Positions 13,703 through 22,778 of a DNA stretch of 64,000 nucleotides are shown here, one piece after another. The notes under the pieces are model-generated. The model had not been told where the DNA came from, made no database searches, and saw only the letters and a program-made list of their open reading frames with translations. The position numbers and the translations under genes were made by a program. Source of the DNA: an uncultured Verrucomicrobiae bacterium (GTDB lineage: Bacteria; Verrucomicrobiota; Verrucomicrobiia; Chthoniobacterales; Chthoniobacteraceae); NCBI GenBank assembly GCA_963769025.1, contig CAVYKI010000003.1, positions 128,001 to 192,000 of the forward strand, given 5' to 3'. Position 1 is the first letter of the stretch. Each line of letters starts with the position of its first letter.

Positions 13703-16700
13703 TCACTCCGTGCGCAGCGCCGCGAGCTGGGAACGCCGCAGGGCGATGCGCGTGGCGAGCCAGGCCCAGAATGCTCCGAACAACGCCACGCCGAAAAGGA
13801 GCGTGAGGATTCCGCGCCACGGGAAATGCGCGGCCCGCGCGGCGAGGCGGGGCCACACGGCGGTGAGCGCGCTCACGGCTCCGATGCCGACCGCGCCGAT
13901 GATGAGCCAGCGGTGCTCGGCGAAGACGAGGCGTCGCAGCGTGCGCGGTGTGAAGCCGACGGCTTCAAGCAGGCCGAATTCGCGGCGGCGCTCGAAGACA
14001 TTCCGCGCGACGACGATGCCGAGTCCGGCGCTGCCGAGCAGCATTCCGAGCCCGCCGAGGACTTGGAAAATCGAGAGGTAGGTGTTCTCGACCTCGTTGA
14101 ATTCCGCGAGGCGTTTCACGGCGGGAGTGAGTTCGAGACCGCGGTCGCCGAGTTGCCGCGAGAGATGCTCGCGCACGGCGTCCATCTTTTCCCGCGGGCA
14201 ATCCACGAGGAAGAAACGGGTGCCGGCGATGTTTGGAAATTTCGCGACGAAGTCGCGCTCAGGAATGATGACGACGCCCTGCAGGACGCTGCCGTTGACC
14301 GTCGCCGCGAATTTCACGCGCACGGGCTCGCCGCGCTCGCCTGCGGATTCGAGCACGTCGCCGAGCTTTTTCTGCAACGCCCATTGCAGGGTGTTGGCAT
14401 CCACGACTCCGGGGATTGCGCCGTCCGCCTTCACGGCGGGCCAGTCGAGGCCGAAGGGCTTGTCGCCCAGTTGGGAAAAGTCCACGCCGAGGAGGCGCGG
14501 CTGCATCGCGCGGTTGAGGTTCAGGCAGCTTGCGTCGTCGCCGTCGCGCACGCGCATCTGCACGACGCGGACGCCCGTCATGAGTTTGTCATCGAGCGCG
14601 TAGGCGTCGCGGCCCTTGGCGGAGTTGAGGTCTTCGTAAATCGGCGCGCTGCTCTCGCCGATGAATGCGAAGCCGCCCGTGCCGGAGTCGCGGCGTGCGG
14701 AGTCCTCGGGCGCGCCTTTGCGGAAGGAATCCACGGCGATGACCATGAAGACGCCGCTCGCGAGCACGGCGATCGTCGCGAGGCTGCGTCCGCGTCGGCG
14801 CGAGATGTTGCGTGCGCCGAGTTGCGCGATGGATTCCGCGCCGGTGCCGGCGGCGACCTGGCGGAGCCGCGCCAACGCGAAGAGACATCCCGCGATGAGC
14901 AGCAGCGCGCCCGCGCCGAAGAATGCGCCGGAGTTTCCCTTCGCGAGCACCGCGAGCGCGATGGCACCGGCCACACACGCCGCCGCGATGATCGCGAGCT
15001 TTCCGCCGGAAGCATTTTGTTTATTTGGGGACTGATTTCGAGAGCCGGAGTTTTCGGCATCCACGCCGTTCAGGAGTTCGGCAGCCTCCATTTTGAAAAG
15101 CCGCTTGCTCGCGAGCCACATGGCGATGAGCGCGACGAAGACTCCGCTCACGACGCCGATGGCCATCGTGACTGCCGACGGCGCGAAGACGAAATGCGTG
15201 CCGCCCGTCGCGCCGCCCCACACTCCGGCGAGCGCGTGCAGCACGCCCTTCGTGTAGAGCGCGGCGAGCAATGCGCCGGCGAGCGATCCGATGAGCGCGA
15301 GCACGAAGCCCTCGCGCAGGAACAGGCGGCGCACCTTTTTCACCGGCCAGCCGGTGGCGAGCAGCAGCCCGGCCTCGGCGGCGCGCTGCTCGATGGTGAA
15401 CGTGAACAGCAGCCCCGTGAGCACCGCCGCCGCGGCGATGAGGAAGAAGCTGAAATAGACAAACAGCTCGCCGAAATCCACGGGCGCATTCGTCGCGGCG
15501 AGCGCCTGCTCGCGGAGGTTCACGGTGCGGAAGCCGAGCGCGGCGGGGTCTATGAATGCAGCGATGCGCTCGACCTGCTCGCGTTTCGTCCCGGCGGGAT
15601 AGCGGATGCTCGTGAGGTTGCCCCAACGGTTGCCCCACAGCTCCTGGCCGGTTTTCAGCGTCACGAATGCCTTCGGCGTGCCGCGGTATTTTTCCCAGTA
15701 GTCCTCGTCCTTCTTACGCACGCGCGTCGCGTCAAAGTCGAATCCGGGCTTCCATTTTCCGAAGCTCTTTTTGTCGGGGACGTTTGGAAAATCCGGCATC
15801 CACGAGTCCTTGCCGTCGGGATCCGTCTGGAGTTGCGGCGTGTCCATTTCGAGGATCGGTGCGGCGACGGTGAAAGTGCGCGCCTTCTCGAGGAGCTGAC
15901 GCCGCTCGCCCATGACGAAATACTTCAGCGCCACCTTCGCGCCCGGCGCGACGCCGAGGTCGTCCGCGAGCCAGCGCGTGATCTGGATTTCGTCGTCCGC
16001 CAGCTTCGGATTCACAAAGCCCGACGCCGCCGCATCAATCGCCGTGACCATCGAGTAGGGCGTGGCGTTCGCCTTCGCATCCAAGCCGTCGCCCGGGCGG
16101 ATGTCGTTGACGAAATAGGTGAGTGAATCGAGGCCGCGGGGAGGAGGCTGGAGTTGGGCCGCGTCCGACGAACCGCCGGCTTCATTTTTGCGCGCAGCTT
16201 CGACGAGGGATAGCTCCAGGAATATCCGGCTTGTCCGGACATCGAGCCCTGCGCCGTTCGGAAGCTCGCGGATCTCGACATCCGCCGTCGCTAGAAGCTG
16301 GCCGGCCTCTTGCGGCTCGAGGGAACCGCTTGGAGCCTGCTGCGCGGTACGGCTGCCGGCAGCGCTCTCCGCAGGGTGCACGCCGAGCAGGAGATTGGCC
16401 TTGTCCTTCAGTCCGCTTGTTTCCTGAAGCAATGAAACCGGCACGAACGCCGTGAACGGCGACACCTGGCCGCTCGTGAGCGCGAAACGCCCAAAGTCCG
16501 CATCGCCCACGACGCGCGCGACCCGGACGTTGAATGTGACCGCTGCGTCCTCTGCGCCCGAGAGCGGGGCGTCCTTGGAAATCGCGGACGGCTTTTCCAT
16601 CCGCAGACGGACTTCGTCGCCGACCTTCACGCCGAGCTGCGTGGCGAGGCGTTCGTTCAGCGCGACTTCATTCGCGGCGAGAGGGACGGGCTTCGCCGAA

Positions 16701-17080
16701 GGCGACAGTTTCCAAAACGCATCGTCCACGCCGACGATCTGGACTTTGTTTGCGCGCGCCTTTCCGTCGGAGCGCGCTGCGGTGCCCGAGAGCATCAGTA
16801 CGCCCGCGGCGTCCGGTCCCGGCACAAACGTGCGCGCCACGACTTGCGGACGCTTTGCCGCATCGCCCGGCCACGGGACGAAGCGCTCGCCGCAGAGCAG
16901 TGCCTCGCCGATTTTCCCCACGCGCGCCACGGCCTGCTCGCGGAGCGTGGCCTTCACGGAATCGCCGACCATGAGCGCGCCGGTGAGCACGAGCGCGGCG
17001 AGCGCGGAGCCTAGGATGACGCCGAGGTGCGTGCGCCAGTAGTGGCGGAGGCTGTCGAGCAGCAGGCGGCGCGTGGTCAT
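13703..17080 (-). CDS. ABC transporter permease, duplicated FtsX/MacB-like domains
   Basis: 1125 aa; ALMVGDSV, two permease modules (EQRAAEAGLLLATG; ERRREFGLLEAVGF); overlaps the ATPase gene by 4 bp. Confidence 0.88.
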   Translation of the reverse strand: MTTRRLLLDSLRHYWRTHLGVILGSALAALVLTGALMVGDSVKATLREQAVARVGKIGEALLCGERFVPWPGDAAKRPQVVARTFVPGPDAAGVLMLSGTAARSDGKARANKVQIVGVDDAFWKLSPSAKPVPLAANEVALNERLATQLGVKVGDEVRLRMEKPSAISKDAPLSGAEDAAVTFNVRVARVVGDADFGRFALTSGQVSPFTAFVPVSLLQETSGLKDKANLLLGVHPAESAAGSRTAQQAPSGSLEPQEAGQLLATADVEIRELPNGAGLDVRTSRIFLELSLVEAARKNEAGGSSDAAQLQPPPRGLDSLTYFVNDIRPGDGLDAKANATPYSMVTAIDAAASGFVNPKLADDEIQITRWLADDLGVAPGAKVALKYFVMGERRQLLEKARTFTVAAPILEMDTPQLQTDPDGKDSWMPDFPNVPDKKSFGKWKPGFDFDATRVRKKDEDYWEKYRGTPKAFVTLKTGQELWGNRWGNLTSIRYPAGTKREQVERIAAFIDPAALGFRTVNLREQALAATNAPVDFGELFVYFSFFLIAAAAVLTGLLFTFTIEQRAAEAGLLLATGWPVKKVRRLFLREGFVLALIGSLAGALLAALYTKGVLHALAGVWGGATGGTHFVFAPSAVTMAIGVVSGVFVALIAMWLASKRLFKMEAAELLNGVDAENSGSRNQSPNKQNASGGKLAIIAAACVAGAIALAVLAKGNSGAFFGAGALLLIAGCLFALARLRQVAAGTGAESIAQLGARNISRRRGRSLATIAVLASGVFMVIAVDSFRKGAPEDSARRDSGTGGFAFIGESSAPIYEDLNSAKGRDAYALDDKLMTGVRVVQMRVRDGDDASCLNLNRAMQPRLLGVDFSQLGDKPFGLDWPAVKADGAIPGVVDANTLQWALQKKLGDVLESAGERGEPVRVKFAATVNGSVLQGVVIIPERDFVAKFPNIAGTRFFLVDCPREKMDAVREHLSRQLGDRGLELTPAVKRLAEFNEVENTYLSIFQVLGGLGMLLGSAGLGIVVARNVFERRREFGLLEAVGFTPRTLRRLVFAEHRWLIIGAVGIGAVSALTAVWPRLAARAAHFPWRGILTLLFGVALFGAFWAWLATRIALRRSQLAALRTE

Positions 17081-17754
17081 TGCGCGGGGGCGAATTTTCC
17101 GTCGAGCAGCTCCAGCACGCGGCCCATTTTCTTCGCAAGTTCGGGGGCGTGCGTGACGAGGATGATGGTGATTTTCTCGCGCTCATGCACCTCGGCGAGG
17201 AGGTCGGCGAGGCGCGCGGCGCTGGCACGGTCGAGCGCGCCGGTGGGCTCGTCGGCGAGGAGGAGCTTTGGGCTGTTGATGAGCGCGCGGGCGATGGCTG
17301 CGCGCTGGCGTTCGCCGCCGGAGAGCTGGCCGGGGCGGTGGTCGAGGCGGTGGCTGAGGCCGACGGCTTCGAGGAGCTTCGCGGCGCGTTCACGCAACGC
17401 GGCGCGGCCGGCGTCCTTGCGGACGATGGAGGGGATGAGGACGTTTTCCAGCACGGTGCATTGCGGGAGCAGGTGGTGGAGCTGGAAGACGAAGCCGACG
17501 GTGGTGTTGCGGAATTCGGCGAGTTCGACAGGCGTGAGCTTGGTGAGGTCGCGGCCGGCGACGGTGATTTCGCCGGAATCGGCCTGGTCGAGCGCGCCGA
17601 TGAGATTGAGCAACGTGCTTTTCCCGCAGCCACTCGGGCCGGTGATGGCGACGGTCTCGCCTTCGGCGATGGAGAGGCTGATGCCGTTCAGCACGGGAAC
17701 CGCGACAGCGCCGGACTGGTAGGACTTGGTGACGTTCTGGAGTTCCGCGAGCAT
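17077..17754 (-). CDS. ABC transporter ATP-binding protein (LolD/MacB-like)
   Basis: GPSGCGKST, GFVFQLHHLL, LSGGERQR, LLADEPTGALD, LVTH. Confidence 0.93.
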   Translation of the reverse strand: MLAELQNVTKSYQSGAVAVPVLNGISLSIAEGETVAITGPSGCGKSTLLNLIGALDQADSGEITVAGRDLTKLTPVELAEFRNTTVGFVFQLHHLLPQCTVLENVLIPSIVRKDAGRAALRERAAKLLEAVGLSHRLDHRPGQLSGGERQRAAIARALINSPKLLLADEPTGALDRASAARLADLLAEVHEREKITIILVTHAPELAKKMGRVLELLDGKFAPAQ

Positions 17755-17843
17755 TCGCGGAGCATCGGTGATCTTCGCACCGAGTTCCAATGGCGAAGTT
17801 CATCACGATCTTGTCGCCCGACCAAAGCGGCGATGCGTTCCTG

Positions 17844-17884
17844 AAAAAAACTTACCCCGCCGTGGCGGTCAGCACGCGGCGGGG
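17844..17884 (-). terminator. Probable Rho-independent terminator downstream of the small-protein pair
   Basis: Minus strand CCCCGCCG(CG)TG...CACGGCGGGG followed by TAAGTTTTTTT. Confidence 0.7.
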
Positions 17885-17956
17885 CGTTTAAAATTGGCGA
17901 CTTCGACTTTATCCGCTGCTCAACCGCGCGAAGGAGGCGGATGAGGCAACTGGGCG

Positions 17957-18133
17957 TCAGATGATGCGAGCGCGCACCGAACGGCTGCCCGCCTGGAGGC
18001 GGACGCGGCCAGTCTCGAGCAGATCGGCGACGGCTGCGACGGTTTCGCGGCTGTTCCGGCTTTGATTGCTGACGGCGAGGATGAGGTCGCCGAGGGTCAG
18101 GTTGCGGTGGGCGATTTTGAGGGGCTTTTTCAT
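17957..18133 (-). CDS. Small hypothetical protein B, 58 aa (paralog of A; absent from the ORF track)
   Basis: Hand translation MKKPLKIAHRNLTLGDLILAVSNQSRNSRETVAAVADLLETGRVRLQAGSRSVRARII*; A/C-rich leader; clear similarity to its neighbour. Confidence 0.8.
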   Translation of the reverse strand: MKKPLKIAHRNLTLGDLILAVSNQSRNSRETVAAVADLLETGRVRLQAGSRSVRARII

Positions 18134-18169
18134 GGGATTGGGGAGTTTGTGTGTTGGTCTTGGGGCGGA

Positions 18170-18349
18170 CTACGCAACCCGAGCGCGGATGATACGTCCG
18201 TTGTTGGTGAGTCGGACGCGTCCGCTCTCCAGCAAGTCCGCGACCGCGGCGGCCGTTTCGTTGGAGTTCCGGCTGACGCTGCTGACGGCGACGACGAGGT
18301 CACCAAGGGTCAGGTTTTTGCGGGGGCTGGATTTGAAGGAGTTTTTCAT
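18170..18349 (-). CDS. Small hypothetical protein A, 59 aa (absent from the ORF track)
   Basis: Hand translation MKNSFKSSPRKNLTLGDLVVAVSSVSRNSNETAAAVADLLESGRVRLTNNGRIIRARVA*; lies just downstream of a sigma-54 promoter. Confidence 0.8.
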   Translation of the reverse strand: MKNSFKSSPRKNLTLGDLVVAVSSVSRNSNETAAAVADLLESGRVRLTNNGRIIRARVA

Positions 18350-18385
18350 GGTTGGTGTGAGCGTGGTTGGTTCGAGTTCTAGTTT

Positions 18386-18401
18386 AGCAACCTGCGTGCC
18401 A
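18386..18401 (-). promoter_or_regulatory. Sigma-54 (RpoN) -24/-12 promoter
   Basis: Minus strand TGGCACG-CAGG-TTGCT, exact match to consensus TGGCACG-N4-TTGCW; AT-rich tract upstream at 18452-18480. Confidence 0.85.
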
Positions 18402-18606
18402 AGCTCTGATCTGGCGTTGTTTTGTGAAAGGTAAGACGCAACATGCCGGGGTTTTGTTCAATTGATTAAATAAAAAAACTATCTAGTTCCGATTCGCGCA
18501 GCATCGTGTTGTACGGAAGCGAGTTCCAACGGTGGCGAGAAACATCCTCGCAGAGCGCTTTGCGACTCTTTTTGCGAGCCCGGCGGGCTCGGAAAACAAA
18601 TGGGGA

Positions 18607-19197
18607 CTATTTTCCGCAGCTCTTCTTTGTCACAGCGTCGGACCGGCCTATGGTGTCAACGCCCGGACACTTTTCGTCCAACAGTACCGACAGCAACACA
18701 TCGAACTCGACCCGCTGCAGGCGCAGGCACTCAGGGACCGCCTCGGTGTCGCCGAATTTCGCCTGCTCGCACAGGCCCGTGAGAAGGTAGGCGTCCCACG
18801 AACTCTGCTTGGCCATATTTGGGGACATCTGCGCCGCGGCAGCGTGCAACCGGTCGGAAATCAGCAGCCGCCCGGCGCGGCGAAACCAGTAGCGCGCGTT
18901 ATCGAAATCGCCCTCGCGCCGGTGAATCACCCCATGCCAGTAGCTCCCGAGATCGCTGGAGTCGTCCTGGAAAATGCGGTGCGCGGCATCAATGGCGTCC
19001 ACCGCGTTGAGCAGGGCGCCGCGGACGAGCGCGAACATTTTCGGGTCCACGATCTCCTTCCCGCCGCTGAGCGTCTCATCGCTGGCATCGCGGATCTTCC
19101 CGGGCGCCTCCCAATCGACCGGTTCCGTCGGTGTCAGCTTTTTCAGCAGATCGGGATTGCGCAGCAGTCGGTCGATGAAGTCGGAGTAGGCTTCCAT
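18607..19197 (-). CDS. Conserved hypothetical protein
   Basis: Coherent ORF with motif AHRIFQ...YWHGVIHRREGDFDNARYWF. Confidence 0.75.
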   Translation of the reverse strand: MEAYSDFIDRLLRNPDLLKKLTPTEPVDWEAPGKIRDASDETLSGGKEIVDPKMFALVRGALLNAVDAIDAAHRIFQDDSSDLGSYWHGVIHRREGDFDNARYWFRRAGRLLISDRLHAAAAQMSPNMAKQSSWDAYLLTGLCEQAKFGDTEAVPECLRLQRVEFDVLLSVLLDEKCPGVDTIGRSDAVTKKSCGK

Positions 19198-19245
19198 TTT
19201 CCGCGAGACTGCCCGCACGCCCCGTTGAATCAAGCCTTCGCGCGA

Positions 19246-21198
19246 CTACTGCTTGCCCTTCACCGTGGCGGGCGAGAGGAGGCGCTGCCTGAGCTGATCC
19301 GAGAGCGCCGGGGAACTGGCGATGAAATCGACCGCTCCCTGCTGATCCGTCCGCGACCAGTGGCGGTAGATGCGTTCCATGGCGTTGTCGCGCGCCGCGG
19401 GATCGTAAATCGTCCCCGCCCACGCTGCGGCGCCCGCGGGATCCTTTTCCGTCACCTGCCGCGCGAATTCTCCCACGGCCGCATCGCGCGAGACTCCGGA
19501 CGGAAGCTTTTCCAGCCACGCCACCGTCTTGGGAATGTCGCGCTCGGCCCATGTGGCCACGATGTTCCGCGTGGCTTTGCTTCGCGCGTCGCCCTCGGGA
19601 AGCGTGGTGGCCCATTGCGCGGCGGCGTTGGGGTCATTGACGGCCCAGCGTGCGGCGAGATTTCCCGTCGCATCCTCCTGAGAGCTGGCAGGCAGCGAGT
19701 TGATCATCTTCGCCGCGCCGCGCGGGTCGCTCTCCGCGATCGAGACGATCACCGTGGAGAGCGCGCGATCCTTCAGCTTTCCATCGGCCAGCGAATTTGC
19801 CCACGCGAGCGCCTCCGTGGAATCGCTCTGCGCCCAGTTGCGCAGCGCCTGGTTCACCATGAATCCATCCGTGCTCATCAGATCCTTCTTTGCGAAATAA
19901 TCGAATGCTGCCTTCGGATCCTGCTGGCTCCACGTGTAGGCGATTCCGGCAAAGGCGGATTTCTGCGTCTCCGCCGGGAGCGACTCGGCCCATGTGAGCG
20001 AGGCAGTCATGTCGGTGCGCGCAAACCGCATCGCCACATTGCTCACGCTCTCCCCTTTCCTCCGGTCCGCGGGCATCTGCGCGACCAATTCGGAAGCGGC
20101 CTTCGGGTCCACGGATGCCAGCGAATCGATGAGCACGCGGGTGGCATTTGTCCGCGCGCTGCCCTCCGGGAGTTCCGCCAGCAGCGCCTTGGCGCCGTCC
20201 GGATCCCGCCCGGCGGTCTGGCCGATCAAGGTGGAGATCGCGGTGTTCCGGAGATCTCCCTCGGCGAGGCCGAGCACCGCCGAGCGTGCGCCTTGCGGAT
20301 CGATCGACGCCCATTGGTTCAGGACGCCCTGAACGGCCTGCGCCTGCTGCGATTTTTCGGAAATGCCGTGCGCCCACGCGAACGCGTCCGCCGGGCTGTT
20401 CTCCGCCCAGCGCGACGCCACCGCGCGGAGCGCCCGGTCGCGGTTCGCACCCTTCGGGAGATCCATCGCCTTCTGCGCCGCGCCATGCCCGTCCGTCTGC
20501 GCCCATGCGCCGAAGACCGTGTCGTAACCGTAGCCGCCGCGCGAGTCATTCGGCATCTGCTGGAGCAGCGCGAGCGCCTGCTGCGGATCGCGCTTCGCGA
20601 GCGAAGCGATGAGGCTCTGCACGGCGTTCGTGCGATGATACCCCGGAGGCAGCGCCGTCACCCAGGCCTTCGCCGCATCCAGGTTTTGCTCCACGAACGC
20701 CGCCATCACGTAGCGCATCGCCTTGTCGCGCCCATTCTTGTCCGTGAGGGTCACGAGATAGTCGCCCGCCGCCTTCGGATCAAATTGCGCCCAGCGGGAA
20801 ATGGCGAACGGCATCAGCAGTTCGCGCGCATCGGGCGGCATGGCGCGGATGCGCGCGATGAGGCCCGGGATTTCCTCGAGTGAAAGTGCCGCCGCCGCCG
20901 CGACCAGATCGTGCGTGCGCTTCAAATCATCCGGCTCGCGGAACGCGCTGAAAAACCGGCTCTCCTTCTCCGTCGCACCGGAAAGGTTCGCAAACTGACC
21001 GGAAGCCCCCGCGCCGCTGCCGCCAGCCGACGAATCGCCCGATCGGACAGACGCTCCCGCGCCAGATGCCGAGGAGCCCGCTGCTTCGTGACCGGATCTT
21101 TCCGTCGTTCCGCCGCTCCCGCCCCCGACAAAATACCCCGCGGCAAAACCACCGGTGCCAATGCACGCGGCGAGGATCAGTTTCAGTTTGTCATTCAT
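19246..21198 (-). CDS. Membrane-anchored alpha-solenoid (HEAT-like) repeat protein
   Basis: N-terminal hydrophobic anchor, Ser/Gly linker, many W(A)xxDPxAAxxW...LP.G..R repeats. Confidence 0.78.
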   Translation of the reverse strand: MNDKLKLILAACIGTGGFAAGYFVGGGSGGTTERSGHEAAGSSASGAGASVRSGDSSAGGSGAGASGQFANLSGATEKESRFFSAFREPDDLKRTHDLVAAAAALSLEEIPGLIARIRAMPPDARELLMPFAISRWAQFDPKAAGDYLVTLTDKNGRDKAMRYVMAAFVEQNLDAAKAWVTALPPGYHRTNAVQSLIASLAKRDPQQALALLQQMPNDSRGGYGYDTVFGAWAQTDGHGAAQKAMDLPKGANRDRALRAVASRWAENSPADAFAWAHGISEKSQQAQAVQGVLNQWASIDPQGARSAVLGLAEGDLRNTAISTLIGQTAGRDPDGAKALLAELPEGSARTNATRVLIDSLASVDPKAASELVAQMPADRRKGESVSNVAMRFARTDMTASLTWAESLPAETQKSAFAGIAYTWSQQDPKAAFDYFAKKDLMSTDGFMVNQALRNWAQSDSTEALAWANSLADGKLKDRALSTVIVSIAESDPRGAAKMINSLPASSQEDATGNLAARWAVNDPNAAAQWATTLPEGDARSKATRNIVATWAERDIPKTVAWLEKLPSGVSRDAAVGEFARQVTEKDPAGAAAWAGTIYDPAARDNAMERIYRHWSRTDQQGAVDFIASSPALSDQLRQRLLSPATVKGKQ

Positions 21199-21344
21199 TC
21201 GGGGCGAAGACGGGGTGGCGTCCTCGGAGACTTAACCACATTCGCACCCGCCCCTTAGCACGCGTGATGGCGCGGCAGCCCGCTGCATTTGCAAATGCGC
21301 GAGCATGGCCACGATTCGCACGGACCCGCGCCCGGGAACCCTTG

Positions 21345-22778
21345 CTACGCGAGGAGCCCTTTCACCACCTTGCCATGCACATCCGTCAGCCGCCGGTTGA
21401 TGCCGTTGTGGTAAAAGGACAGGTGCTCGTGGTCGATGCCGAGCAGGTGCAGGATCGTCGCGTGAAAATCATAGACCGACACCGGATCCGTCACCGCCCG
21501 GTAGCCGACCTCGTCGGTTTCACCGTGGCGGATTCCGGGTTTCACCCCCGCGCCGGCGAGCCAGGATGTGAAGCCGTGCTGGTGATGATCGCGCCCGCGC
21601 CCGGTGCCCTGCGCAAATGGCGTGCGGCCGAATTCGCTCGACCAGACCACCAGCGTGTCTGCGAGCAGGCCGCGTTGCCTGAGGTCCTTCAGCAGCGCGG
21701 CGCACGGCTGGTCGAGCAGCGGGGCCTGGCGGTCGTGATTCTCCTTCACGTCCTCGTGTCCGTCCCAATTGATCCGCGGGGATCCCAGCGCGCCACCGTT
21801 GTACACCTGCACGAACCGCACGCCGCGCTCGATGAGCCGCCGGGCCATCAGGAAATTTTTTGCCGACGGCCCGACGACCGGATTGTCCAGCCCGTAGAGC
21901 CGCCGCGTCGCCTCGGATTCGCTGCGAAAATCGAGCGCCTCCGGGATGCTGGCCTGCATCCGCGCCGCGAGTTCGTAGGCTCGCAGGCGCGCGTGAAGCG
22001 ACGAGTCGCCGGGATTTTTCACGGCGTATTCGCCGTTGAGCTGTGCGAGCAATTGCATCCCCGCCTCGCGCGCAGCGGGCCGGATTTCCGGCGGCGTCGC
22101 GAGATTCGCCACGGGATCGGCGGCACCCATGTTGAAAGTCGTGCCCTGATGCTCGGCCGGCAGAAAGCCGTTGCTCCAGTTCGCCGTCCCGCCGTTCACC
22201 AGCCCGCGCGGGTCGGGCAGCACGACGAACGCGGGCAATTCATCGCTCTCCGAGCCGAGCCCGTACGACAGCCACGCGCCCATGCTCGGAAAGCCCGCGA
22301 GCGTGAATCCGGTGTTCATCTGGTAGCACGCCGGCTGGTGCGCCGGGCTCTTCGCGACCATCGAATGGACGAACGCGATGTCGTCCACGCAAGTCGCGAG
22401 ATGCGGAAAAAGATCGCTCACCCACGCGCCACACTGCCCTTGCCGGCGAAAGCCGTATGCGCTTTTCCGCAGCACGCCGGGCTTGCCGAAAAACGTGTCC
22501 AGTTCGCCCTTGCCCGACAACTGCTGCCCGTCACGCCGCTCCAACTCGGCCTTGAAATCAAACGTCTCCACGTGGCTCACACCGCCGGGCGAGAAAATGT
22601 GGATCACCCGTTTTGCCCGTGGCGGAAAATGCGGCCCGCGCGCGACCGCCGCCTGCGCCTGGTCGCGATTCAGAAGCCACGCAAACGCCGCCGCGCCGAG
22701 GCCCGTGGCCGTCTGGCCGAGAAATCTGCGCCGGTCGAGCAGCGCGTGCGCGCCGGAAGGCATGCCGTGCGTGTTCAT
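21345..22778 (-). CDS. DUF1501 domain protein with Tat-like signal
   Basis: DRRRFL, AKRVIHIFSPGGVSHVETFD, PSMGAWLSYGLG, YELAARMQ, RGVRFVQ, WDGH, SEFGRTP, GRDH; ATGA overlap with the upstream PSD1 gene. Confidence 0.92.
   Translation of the reverse strand: MNTHGMPSGAHALLDRRRFLGQTATGLGAAAFAWLLNRDQAQAAVARGPHFPPRAKRVIHIFSPGGVSHVETFDFKAELERRDGQQLSGKGELDTFFGKPGVLRKSAYGFRRQGQCGAWVSDLFPHLATCVDDIAFVHSMVAKSPAHQPACYQMNTGFTLAGFPSMGAWLSYGLGSESDELPAFVVLPDPRGLVNGGTANWSNGFLPAEHQGTTFNMGAADPVANLATPPEIRPAAREAGMQLLAQLNGEYAVKNPGDSSLHARLRAYELAARMQASIPEALDFRSESEATRRLYGLDNPVVGPSAKNFLMARRLIERGVRFVQVYNGGALGSPRINWDGHEDVKENHDRQAPLLDQPCAALLKDLRQRGLLADTLVVWSSEFGRTPFAQGTGRGRDHHQHGFTSWLAGAGVKPGIRHGETDEVGYRAVTDPVSVYDFHATILHLLGIDHEHLSFYHNGINRRLTDVHGKVVKGLLA

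Noticed and set aside
18062..18434. + strand ORFs of 106 and 122 aa, or a CRISPR-like repeat, in the duplicated region
   Set aside because: The duplication is explained by two minus-strand paralogous ORFs with their own promoter and terminator; no repeat-spacer structure
21285..21298. 14-bp palindrome GCATTTGCAAATGC upstream of the solenoid-repeat gene
   Set aside because: Single occurrence with no candidate regulator; cannot be distinguished from chance
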